A stretch of DNA of 64,000 bases from Eledone cirrhosa. Its lineage: Eukaryota. The notes under the pieces are model-generated. The model made no database searches. It saw nothing but the letters and a program-made list of their open reading frames with translations, and was not told the origin of the DNA. Position numbers and translations under genes: made by a program. This document shows positions 52,850 through 64,000 of this stretch, one piece after another. The first letter of the stretch is position 1; every line of letters begins with the position of its first letter. The DNA lies in NCBI GenBank assembly GCA_964016885.1, contig OZ024740.1:150288001-150352000 (forward strand). Direction: 5' to 3'.

Positions 52850-53030
52850 TTAAATTGAGAAGGTATTCTCTGGCTGACTCGTGTGTGCCGGGCGACCTGG
52901 ATATCTGGAGAGGCACCTAAACAATGGCAATCGGGAATGTTAATCCCAATTTTTAAAAAGGGAGACAAGAAAGATTGTTCCAATTACAGAGGGATCGCTT
53001 TGTTAAGCCTCCCCGGCAAAATCTATAGAC
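52850..53030 (+). mobile_element. RTE-type RT N-terminal fragment
   Basis: W.SGEAPKQWQSGMLIPIFKKGDKKDCSNYRGIALLSLPGKIY. Confidence 0.85.
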
Positions 53031-53051
53031 GGCAGATTTCAAAACCAGATA

Positions 53052-53460
53052 CTAGTAGTGATGGGAATGAATGTAATGTTGGTGGTTATGGTGATGGTGA
53101 TGCTGGTGTTGCGGATGATGATGATAACAGTGGTGGTGGTGGTGGTGGTGGTAGTAGTAGTAGTGATGGGAATGAATGTAATGTTGGTGGTTATGGTGAT
53201 GGTGATGCTGGTGTTGCGGATGATGATGATAACAGTGGTGGTGGTGGTGGTGGTGGTAGTAGTAGTAGTGATGGGAATGAATGTAATGTTGGTGGTTATG
53301 GTGATGGTGATGCTGGTGTTGCGGATGATGATGATAACAGTGGTGGTGGTGGTGGTGGTGGTAGTAGTAGTAGTGATGGGAATGAATGTAATGTTGGTGG
53401 TTATGGTGATGGTGATGCTGGTGTTGCGGATGATGATGATAACAGTGGTGGTGGTAGTGT
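53052..53460. repeat. 105-bp GGT/GAT-rich minisatellite, about 4 identical units
   Basis: atgggaatgaatg recurs at 53061, 53166, 53271 and 53376. Confidence 0.95.
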
Positions 53461-53811
53461 TAGTCATGAGGATGATGAGCATGATAATGATGATGATGAT
53501 GATGATTGTAGTTTAGTGATTGTAGTGAAGGAAGAAGAGGTCAGTAATTCGGGCATGGAACATCGTGAGAACGACCCAGAGTTCACGTCACGTGACAGCT
53601 GGGTATTAGACAACCTTTATTGACCTAGGGTTCATACACAACGTACTTATTAACGGATTACATGTATATATGTATTTGTGTGTATGTGTGCATGTGTTTG
53701 TGTGTGACTGCAGTTATGTACATGCATTTATGTATCTGTATATACATGTGTATAGGTTAGGTTCACACACATATACGTGTATAAATGCTTTTATACATAT
53801 ATATATATATA

Positions 53812-53915
<104 letters not shown>

Positions 53916-54003
53916 CTCCCACCCACATGTATACACACACATATATATAAATACATAGATACATAGATACATAGATGCATGCACACATACATACATACAT
54001 ACA

Positions 54004-54109
<106 letters not shown>

Positions 54110-54114
54110 CATAC

Positions 54115-54174
<60 letters not shown>

Positions 54175-54191
54175 CTCCCACCCACATGTAT

Positions 54192-54222
<31 letters not shown>

Positions 54223-54764
54223 CATAGATGTATAGATGCATGCTTACATACATACATACATATATACATGCATACATACATACATGCTTATATACATACA
54301 TACATGCATATATACATACATACATACATACATACATGCATATATACATACATATATAGATGTGTGTTATGTGTAAGGGGAGTGTTTGTGTTTGTGAGTT
54401 CCGTTAATAGAGACTGAATGAGAAATATGAGAGAGAAATGTCAGAGTCGATGGCCTTCAAATAAGGTTTGTTATTAATAACGTGGTTGATAATTTTGATG
54501 ACAAGCGGAGAAAAGATTATGATGCTGAGGATGTAGATAATGATAATGATGACGGTGATGGTGGGGCTGGTGGTGGTGGTGGATGTGTTTGTTTATGTAG
54601 TAGTGTTGATGATGATGATGGTGATAATGATAATGATGAGGATGATGAGGAGGATGAGGAGGAGAGGCATATTTGTGTCATCTTAAATATTTATATTAGT
54701 GTTTCGTTTTTGAAAAATACATGCTCATATTCACTTGCACGCACTCATACACTTACACGTCCAT

Positions 54765-54871
<107 letters not shown>

Positions 54872-54894
54872 TACGCACACACCAACATACATAT

Positions 54895-54982
<88 letters not shown>

Positions 54983-55055
54983 AGATGAGCAGAACAAACA
55001 AACATTAAAAAAAAAAAAAATTTTTAAATGATTTAAATATCTACCTGTTCATAAT

Positions 55056-55135
55056 GCTATTACCGGCGGTTTCGCTTTACAAAAGATTAGAGACTCAGAG
55101 AATTTCTAACGGAAAAGTAAAGTTCATGAGAGAGC
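55056..55135 (-). ncRNA. Degenerate hammerhead motif (core CTCATGA)
   Basis: Paralogue of 55537-55616 with G5 mutated. Confidence 0.5.
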
Positions 55136-55536
55136 TATTTCCACTCTATAGGACTAAGTGCCATAGCCTGCAAATATATTGCCAACTTCCAGCTCGTATG
55201 AGTTATGGCCGTTAAAGTGACCCACACGTGAACTGGGCGCTAATAAAAGCGGGAATATTACAGACGCGTTGCTGGCTTTGCTGCTAAAAAAATAGCAGCA
55301 AGCAACAACGAATTTTTTTCTCTACCTAGATTGGAGAATGTATAAAAAAATGAGGTAAATATCTCTCTGGGTACTAAGTACCCATAGAGATATATAGGGT
55401 GTCTATAATATAATTGTTGTTCGATGGTACTAATTTGAGATACTAGAACTATAAAAATTGATGAGCAAAACAAACAAACATTAAACAATCCTTTAAATAA
55501 ATTAAAAAATGATTTAAATATCTACCTGTTCATAAT

Positions 55537-55616
55537 GCTATTACCGGGCGTTTCGCTTTACAAAAGATTAGAAATTCAGAGAATTTCTAACGGAAAAGTA
55601 AAGTTCATCAGATAGC
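55537..55616 (-). ncRNA. Type I hammerhead motif with long bipartite stem II
   Basis: GCTAT-CTGATGA-aCTTTAC..TTAGAAATT ctctg AATTTCTAA..GTAAAGc-GAAA-cgcccgg-TA-ATAGC. Confidence 0.72.
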
Positions 55617-55670
55617 TATTTCCACTCTATAGGACTATTTTATATACATTTTTATTTCCACTCTATAGGA

Positions 55671-55710
<40 letters not shown>

Positions 55711-56843
55711 GGGCTTGGCCGAAGAGAAAATTATCTGTCTTCAATCCTTTTAATTGCGTCCCCTCACAGCCTCTTTCGCCATAGTGATGGGGGTAGATTT
55801 CTTTCTTGCTTTTGCTGGTGGTGGTTGTGGTGACTGTGTTCTGGTTAGCTTTGGGCAAGGCAAGAAAAGAAACGTGATATTTTGCATGTTTTCACGCATT
55901 TTGTTGTTGTTATTGTTTCGGTTGTTGTCTTCTGTCATCAAGGTGACGGTGGTGGATGGGGGAGATTTGTTATTGCTGAACAAGAAAATAGTGATGTTGT
56001 ATTGTAGTGTTGTATTTTTCTTCGATTAAGAATATATATATTTTTAATTTCTATCCTATGGGGCACAAAATAGAGGCTACTAACCTGTCAGTGAGAATTA
56101 ATGGTCTTATTAACAAGGAAATAACAGAGTATGCCTGTGTTTGAGCTAGGATCAAAGTGGAGTGCAGTGTTTTAAACAATGAAAACAAGAAATTTACTGG
56201 AGCCGAAGTGAATCACGTCTGGAGTAAATAATGATAATAATAATGTAGAAAAAGAGGGAAAATTAAAAGAAAAACTAATAAAACAGAAAAACAAAAAGAA
56301 AGGAGTCAAGAAAATGGAAGAGGAAAAATAAAGATGAGAAAAAAAGAATAGCATAAAGAAGAAAGCAAGAAGAAGACCTAGAAGACATTAAAGGCCAATG
56401 TAATCAAAGTGTTTTATTTTTGTTTTATTTTATTTCTACTGTTTTATTTTATATTTATTCAGTGAAATCTAGAATTTCTCGGTAGCAGTTCTATTTTAAC
56501 CTGAGCCGGGGCCAAGCAACACGAATTTACTGGTAATTTAATGACATTTCAGTGCAATTTAAAGCAGCTAACATTCTACCATCCTCAATCAACAGTGCTT
56601 TAAAGTAATAAGACAAGATGGTGAAGTAAAAGTAAATGTTGGTCTGTCTAATAATGCAATTTCAGTGCTGGGACTTGAGGGGTTGACGTAAGGTATTATG
56701 GAGGAGAGAAGGTGGTGTTTAAGAGATGAAATATAATAAAGGCCATGTCAAAGGTTGTTAATTGAAAGACCTAATTAGATTCAGCGTAAAAATTGGTCTC
56801 ATGTGAAAAGGTTACTCAAGAGTATACACACACACACGCACGC

Positions 56844-56961
<118 letters not shown>

Positions 56962-56964
56962 ACA

Positions 56965-57002
<38 letters not shown>

Positions 57003-57054
57003 AACACACATATATATATATTCATATATATATATATATTTTTATCGTAGAAAT

Positions 57055-57106
57055 GATTTCTACAGGACTAGAACTGTTTCATTCGTAAGAAATCACCAGG
57101 AAAATC
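57055..57106 (-). ncRNA. Hammerhead-like motif with CUGGUGA core (second copy)
   Basis: ttttc-CTGGTGA-T TTC ttac GAA T-GAAA-CAG..CTG-TA-gaaa; partial inverted copy at about 57274-57300. Confidence 0.6.
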
Positions 57107-57540
57107 AGTGTTTATAGTTTCCTTGGATGTTAGAAGGGGTGATTAAAAGGGGTGGGAAAATAGGTTGATAGTGGGAGATGGATAGATAGAAAGAGATGTA
57201 GTGTTGTAGAAGAAGAAGAAGAAGAAGAAGAAGAAGAAGAAGAAGAAGAAGAAGAAGAAGAAGAAGAAGAAATCAAACATTTCTAGTCCTGTAGAAACCA
57301 TTTCTATAATAAGATTAATATACCTATATTCAACTAACACATTGAGTACCACTTTATTTTGACAGTGGTAACCTCTCGATTTACATCGGGATTCTGCATA
57401 TATATATGACCAAAAGTTAAACAAGGTTCATTGATTAATCAATGAATATAGTTTTACAATAGATTAGAAGCACTCAACAGGGGGTTTTCTGGAGTTATTA
57501 ATATTAATAAATATAGACATTCAACGTAATCAAAATATAT

Positions 57541-57600
57541 TTTATTATATATATTTCGGAGGTACTGTGCTGTTTTTTCAGTACGTCCGCATCAGATAAA
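57541..57600 (-). ncRNA. Hammerhead-like motif (A9>C)
   Basis: TTTAT-CTGATGC-GGAcGTACTG..CAGTACcTCC-GAAA-TATATA-TA-ATAAA. Confidence 0.55.
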
Positions 57601-57707
57601 ATATATAAATTGATGTGTGACATACCTCAACTGTGCTGATGGTTCAATTCCAACTGGAATTGAACCATCAGCACAGTTGAGGTATGTCACACATCAATTT
57701 ATATATT
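57600..57707. repeat. Perfect palindrome (about 53-bp arms) immediately 5' of the minus-strand HHR
   Basis: Centre caattcca-ac-tggaattg. Confidence 0.93.
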
Positions 57708-57872
57708 GAATTAATATATATATATATACGTCAATACCCATCTTTTCCCATTTCTCCGAGGGTTCTTAACCCCACTATCAGGGTAAATAATTTTTAATTT
57801 CTTTAGTCAAAATACGGCGATAGCTTACATTTATAATAATTTCAAACTCGCTCACTGATTCTAAAATATTAT

Positions 57873-58008
57873 TTACGTCCCTTTACGATCTGAGTTCAAA
57901 TCCCGCCGAGGTTGACTTTGCCTTTCATCCTTACGGGGTCGATAAAATAAAGTACCAGTAATGCACTGGGTATTTGCTGGCCTTGTGCCTAAAGTAGAAA
58001 CAATTATT
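57873..58008 (+). mobile_element. SINE family A, 5'-truncated
   Basis: B box, core and tail match the other copies. Confidence 0.9.
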
Positions 58009-58064
58009 ACTCGAATTACAGTTGCTAAGAATATAGCTTCTAATTTGAATGGAAAGAGACGGGT

Positions 58065-58136
58065 GATGTGTTGGTGTAAATGGTAGCACAGTGGTCTGGA
58101 TAACCAAAGATGTGGGTTCGACTCCCATGTACGTCA
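58065..58136 (+). tRNA. tRNA-like cloverleaf, anticodon GGA, short variable loop (probable pseudo-tRNA or tRNA-derived element)
   Basis: 72 nt: acceptor GATGTGT/GTACGTC with G-U pairs, D stem GTGT/GCAC, anticodon arm TGGT-CTGGATA-ACCA, T arm GTGGG-TTCGACT-CCCAT. TTTTT about 10 nt downstream. Confidence 0.55.
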
Positions 58137-59090
58137 ATACTCATCTTTTTCCATTTCTCCGAGGGTTCTTAACCCCACGATCAGGCTATTTAATTTCTTT
58201 AGTCAAAATACGGCGATATATATATATATATATATATATAAAGTTATGAAACGAATGGAGCTGTGTGGTTACTAAAAACAAGGTTTAGTATGCTGGTTAG
58301 GACGGAACAGGAGGAGAAAGGAAGAAAGGAGTTTCCATCGTCAGCTGTAAATGTTTCCCGAACCGATGTTTCGGTGCTGAATTACAGGACATCGGTGTAG
58401 TTCGGGTGCGCCCGAGGCCTTTTATTAATCCAAAGGGCAGGTGGAAAAGGAGAGAGAAAGAGAGAAAAAAGGAGAGAGAGAGGGAAAGGAGGAAGAACAG
58501 GAGGGGGGGGGGTGAGGAGATAGGAAGAAAGGGGGAAGGGAAAAGGGGAAAATATAGGAAAGGAATAGGAGAAAAAAGTGTACAGGTCCCATCGTGGGAA
58601 GACACAGGTGAAAGAAACATGCAAAAAAGTAACCGTGCAAAAATAGGGAAAGTAAGTTGTGGCCAACCTGGGAGACTTTAGCCTGGTGGTCAGCTACGAC
58701 TCAGAGCTGGTATAATCGTGCTGCCTCTCACATAGACAGGAGAAAGTGAGAGAGAGAGAGAGACACGGGCAACCAAAAGTGAGGAGGAGAAGGGAAAGGG
58801 AGATAATCCAGAAGGGTTTTTTTACGATGGTGGTAAAAACGTGCCGTAAAGATTGCGGACAGAGAGGCCACCACGGCACGTGTAAACATGTCAACAATCA
58901 AAACCGAACAGGTGGATAGAGAGAGAGAGAGGGAAAGAGAAAAAAAACGAGAGTGAGGAGGAGAAGGGAGGGTTGATGCGATATATATATATACATATGC
59001 ATATGCACATTTATATACATATATACATATATATATACATATATATATACATATATATATGCATATATATATGTATATATGTACATATGC

Positions 59091-59156
<66 letters not shown>

Positions 59157-59207
59157 AAAAGAAATCGAAAATGCAACTGGTGTCTTTTTAAGAATATTTA
59201 TTTGTTT

Positions 59208-59245
59208 CCTTCACCGGTTTCACAGTTCTTATGCTTTTCAAAAGT
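59208..59245 (-). ncRNA. Degenerate copy of the U3-A8 hammerhead of 42.3-42.5 kb
   Basis: TTGAAAA-gcataagaactgt-GAAA-CCGG-TG-aagg, inside a ~115-bp module between (AT)n tracts. Confidence 0.55.
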
Positions 59246-59261
59246 AGTTTGTGGTTTTTCT

Positions 59262-59334
<73 letters not shown>

Positions 59335-59336
<2 letters not shown>

Positions 59337-60620
59337 CATGAATCCGACACCACCACATTAGCGAAAGGGATGCGTACACCTAATCATGGGAGGAAACCCA
59401 GTACGAGTAGCGGTCTCAGGGGTGATACTAACCACCCCGGCCCGACGCTTCCAACCGCAAGACACGAAGCGGGACTGATGGAGGATCATTCCATTGTAGA
59501 ACTCCCAGTGTGGGCAACAACCACTCCACAGGTACGGACCGGGAAGCTAGCAAAACACATAGCGCCCAAAGGAGAAGCAACAATGCGGGAACCACTAGCA
59601 ACCCAACAACTCCCCAACAGCCCACAGCACGCTCTATCCACCCACGTAGGAATAGACGTAAAAAATCACGTGGCACAACCCACCCTACTCAGCGGTCCTA
59701 AAGAACAGCCTGGCCCGGTCATTCTTTAGAGCACTAGATAAATGCATCCCGAGGGACCATAGATACCACAAGATCTTCAACAGACACACTGTGAAGCTCT
59801 CATATTCCACCACGCAAAATGTAGCTCTGCACATAGCTAGCATAAATAGGGGTAGACTTAAAAACTACACACAACCAGAAGCTGGCAATATAAGCACCCA
59901 GCAGACCCATGTGGAGGGAAGGAAGGGTGGACCCAGTACCCACCCTGGGAACCCAAACAGACCCAGGGACCCCCACCGGGCCCGGGGGAGGACCACCCTA
60001 TAATACGCAACGGGAACCCTACATTAGGCACTTGGGGGTCGACCACCTCCTGCAATTGCAGAACCCCCACATTATTCCCCCTCAGTAATGAATGCCTAAG
60101 GAAGAACTTAATATACGGATGAAGGGTAAAAACCCCCAACTCTGAACATCTTTACATAGGAGCCACATCAACGAGCTTCAAAGACCGATGGTATAACCAT
60201 CGCCATTCCTTTAATAGGGAGCACAAAAGGAAAAGTACGGCTCTTTCCGAACTGATCGAGAGACTCAAGCTGAACAGGACCCCGTACTCTCTGGCCTGGT
60301 CGCAAATCAGGAAAGTACCACCTGATAAAGGGGGATCTGGTATCTGCAAACTATGTCTGAGCGAGACCCTTGAGATAATCAGTGGTGGAAGCAGCCTAAT
60401 AAACCTCAGGACTGATTTCTTCGGTACATGTAGACACCTCAGGGCCGGGACCTTCCTCAAGCTATATGGACAATAACAACACATTGGGATGGGAACTTCC
60501 CTCAAGCTATAGGGACAGTAGCCCCGCCACACCGAGCCCAAGGTAAACCACCCCCTACACACTCACCACACCTACTCCCGCTTCGATCGACTCCTATGGC
60601 AACACATACTTTTACATATA
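59335..60620 (+). mobile_element. Penelope-like element (Naiad-type) 3' portion with GIY-YIG endonuclease
   Basis: [39 protein letters not shown], then CNC..PLSNEC..LIYG*RV..LYIGAT..FKDRWYNHRHSF..CKLCLSE..LINLR..CRH (60051-60476). Confidence 0.88.
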
Positions 60621-60680
60621 TCCTTACATAAAAACTGTTGTTTAAAATTATACATACATAGATACTTGCATGTATGTGTG

Positions 60681-60769
<89 letters not shown>

Positions 60770-61477
60770 ATATATATATATGCATATGGGATGCACCTGA
60801 GCCTGTGTTAGTGCGTGTGTGCTTGCAACGATGTGCATTGACATACATATGTACTTTATGCCGAAATAGGAACTGTAGTCCTTTGCATTTCCGGATTTTG
60901 ACACTCAGGTTCTGGTGTTTTACACTCCACTTTTGTCTCATTTGCTCTTAAAACGCACCACCCGATGATAGTGTAAGAATTGTAATTCTGACACACAGCT
61001 TTTCTATTTTCCAAATATTTCAAATTTTGATATTGGTTGTAACACACGCATTTTATTCTTTTATTTGTTTGGTACCCCCCACCACGTGGAATGGTGGCAG
61101 GATAGATGCCAACCCACACACATAAATTCTTCTGAACATAGCAGCAGCAAACCAAAGCTGAGCTGCCAGCTGACCCCTTAACACCACTACCACTACCAAC
61201 ACAGTGGAGGAGGTCAGCTGTACTTAAACAAAAACAACTACAACAGATTGTCTTGCCTCAGAAAAATTTCTATAGACTTTTGACTGAGGAATGTTCTCAC
61301 AACTGACCAATGGGATGAGAGAGTGTCCTATGACGCCGAAATTCGTTTGTTCTAATTCATATAATTCCAGTTCCTCAGAGAAATAACAACGCAACCAGGA
61401 GCTGGACATATCGGAGTATTGACAGAGTAAAACACACTTCAACAACATGTGTACCTGTCTCTACCACACTAATTCGG

Positions 61478-61532
61478 ACTGCCTGAAGACGTCACAGCCA
61501 ATGATGGCTGTCACCGAAATATATATAGCAGT
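61478..61532 (+). ncRNA. Type I hammerhead motif related to 41981-42045
   Basis: ACTGC-CTGAAGA-cGTcACAGCCA atga TGGCTGTcACc-GAAA-TATATA-TA-GCAGT, then aataaa. Confidence 0.7.
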
Positions 61533-61699
61533 ATATCTATAATTTATAATAAACGAAGCCAAATTTTACATATTTGACTTAATTATTTTACATTACTCCG
61601 GAGTAAACAAACCAACCTGCGTACTTCGTCGAGTGCTCCAATCTGCATACTGGGTGTCGGTAAACAACCAACATATACTCAATATATATATATATATGT

Positions 61700-62510
61700 A
61701 ACAAAGAAAGTGTGGTAAGAAATCAGGTGGACCATAACGCACCAGAGTACTCGATACTTAGGGTGGTAGAGTGGGTAATAGTAAAAGAGTCAGGACCTCG
61801 ACGGTTGAGTTCCGGCTGTTTCGACAGCTAGATCCGACTTTCTCAAGTTTCACTTGGAAAGGAAGGTAAGCGTGGAGTGGGAAATGTTGCTTCCCCGTAG
61901 ATTTTTAAAAATGTAGCCAGGATGCCTCGAGTGAATAGGCCTACTCAGAGCATGCGATTATAGGTTGGAGTGTTCGGAGGGGAGAGGTATGCCTTCCCAT
62001 GGGGCTCTTAGCGATCAGGGTGGTTACGGATCTGTGGGGTTCCCAATTCATCCCTGGTTGGTACTTCTCTCTAACTGTTTGGAAGCCCCTCAGATCGACT
62101 GTATCTGTAATTCATGGGGCCAACATTGTTACATATTTTGTTACACTGAATCTCCATCAGAAGTATATTAAAGAAACACGTGTTTTTGAAATGCTCAGCA
62201 ACTTGTTAATTTCTTGAGTAGGCTGTTCCGTTAATCGAACAACTGTAACACTCATCGTCTAAAATGACGGAGATCCGTTCCATTTCATAATGTCATTTGG
62301 GAGGATAGGTTTGTAGTTTGTATAGTGATGATGTGATGAATTCAGATCCGTCCAAAGTATTCCATTAAATGTATCTCTTCACGAACTTTACGTTTCTATT
62401 GTTTACCTGGCAGTTTCATTTATATATTTTTAAATTCCATGTGAAATTAAGTGCCCTGCCTGCTCACAATGAAACGCCTTCACTTCACTTTGAATGTTAA
62501 ATCGACTTTG
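61700..62510 (-). mobile_element. Probable decayed Penelope 3' end
   Basis: H C..AGH and KRKVREEIHL remnants typical of Penelope GIY-YIG C-termini. The tail resembles the other HHR-bearing modules and ends in (AT)n. Confidence 0.4.
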
Positions 62511-63237
62511 TAATTAACTGTCACTGTTTATTTTATGCAACTTGGGAGGATATAAAGAGAAGTTGACCACGGCAGAATTTGAACTCAGAACGTAAAAGGC
62601 CATAGCTAAATACCTCAGATATTTTCATCAACGTTCTGCCAGTCAGCCACAAGTAAATGTCGAAAATTAAAGATAAATAAATAGAATAAACCCCAACCAT
62701 TACTACTTGATATTGAACCACTTTCGAACACGGCCGAAGCGTATCTACTGAATTAAATTACGGTAACGGCTTATGTGCAAATTAAACAATTTTATTCAGC
62801 TTTCTATAGACATTTTAATTTTGGTTCTAACAGATTACAATTTAATTTCCATTTCTTCAAATCCCTTCAGAATCAGACGCTTTTTTCAGCTTCGCATTTT
62901 TGTTTTATTTCTTGTTTTGTTTTTCTTACTGCAAAGACATTCTAGAAATGAAGAAGACACTTATGCTTTTATTGAAGCATCAGAATCTCCATAAATGACA
63001 CCATCAAATCTAACAATAAAAATAACTAAAACAGCAGCAACGGCTAACTAATCATTTGGAAATCAACTGACATTTTTCGATCGAGAGTAAAATGGTGCTG
63101 TTTATTGAAGATCGCTCGTTAAGTTAGCGGAAGCTAGAGTGTAGAAAGAACTTCTGGGAAAATAGATTAAATTGTGAAAATTTTATGGGCGTATGATGTG
63201 GAAGCATTATTTCTCGAATAACTCTTGTTTACATGTG

Positions 63238-63325
<88 letters not shown>

Positions 63326-64000
63326 GGCGCACGCGTTAGTGTGCGTGCGTGCGTGTGTTCGCATCTGTGTATATATACACACATACACACACGCATATCT
63401 GTGTGCGCATTTGCGTTTGTGTGACTGTGTATCTATAAACATATTTTCATACACACACATATATATATATGCACACACACGCACACACATATATATATAT
63501 ATGTGTGTGCATATATGTGTGCGTGCGTATACACACACGCACATACATACGCACATACGTACATACATACATACATAAATACATACATACATAACACACA
63601 TATATGTGCACCCAAGCCTCCATACACATTTAGGCATGTATATATTTATATTGTCTCATTACTATTGAAGTTTTGAAGCTAATGATTTTGTTTGTGTTGT
63701 TGATGTTATTATTGTTTCATTTGTTGTAGTTCCTTATACGCGGCTTGAATTGTGACGTTTGTAATGACATTTTTATTGAAAAATCAAAAACTGAGGCTTT
63801 GTGTGGATGTATGTATGTAGGTAGGTGGCCGTTGAGAGATGTAGATATACAATGGAGACGGTATATATGGAAGTGGTGTGTGAGTTATGTTGAAATGTGG
63901 AGTAGTCGTGGTGGGAGGGAAGTGTTGAAGAGAGTGTAGGTGGTGGTAGAAAGGAGGCCAAGAAGAAATTGTAGGTAGTTGTTGTGAAGTAGGTGTTAAC

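Larger units (their letters stand above)
54981..55640 (-). mobile_element. Second retrozyme-like tandem element (period about 481 bp, about 1.4 units) between (AT)n tracts
   Basis: 54984-55156 is repeated at about 55460-55637; each repeat holds an HHR motif. Confidence 0.7.

Noticed and set aside
52883-53623. 246-aa ORF with Gly/Asp/Ser-rich repeats
   Set aside because: Chance in-frame fusion of an RT fragment with a 105-bp triplet-rich minisatellite. It is open in several frames and shows no gene structure.
55700-56030. Minus-strand peptide TPITMAKEAVR resembling the Tx1 ORF1 start
   Set aside because: Similarity is too short to support a call without alignment.
58325-58420. GC-rich hairpin with nearby GAAAC and CTGACGA on the minus strand
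   Set aside because: Order and spacing do not give a valid hammerhead topology, and I do not recognise another ncRNA family.
61790-61855. Possible minus-strand hammerhead (TTGAGAA..GAAA..TC)
   Set aside because: All three stems have mismatches, so it is at best a relic and is not counted.

Overview
AT-rich, microsatellite-dense animal genomic DNA, most likely a coleoid cephalopod (octopus-like), inferred from its tRNA-headed SINE families and repeat landscape. The only host gene I can support is the 3' part of ALG10 (two coding exons, 4478-4666 and 6057-7118). The remaining ~57 kb is transposon-derived: a near-full-length Tx1/L1-clade LINE sitting in (TATC)n, a complete hAT element with TIRs and an 8-bp TSD, Helitron Rep relics and non-autonomous Helitrons, mariner, RTE, R4/Dong-type and CRE-type fragments, Penelope-like (GIY-YIG) 3' ends and many SINEs. 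Most short ORFs in the track are microsatellite read-through. The main hidden signal is non-coding. About 19 type I hammerhead ribozyme (HHR) motifs from about 10 sequence families occur on both strands, mostly beside (AT)n tracts. They include (i) a ~420-430-nt structured unit present as tandem multimers, one of them an inverted multimer with a 12-bp TSD (a retrozyme-like candidate circular RNA); (ii) a second ~480-nt tandem HHR unit; (iii) head-to-head HHR palindromes; and (iv) recurrent non-canonical cores (U3-A8, U10.1/U11.1, G6). All ribozyme calls come from manual folding and need in vitro or transcriptome confirmation.
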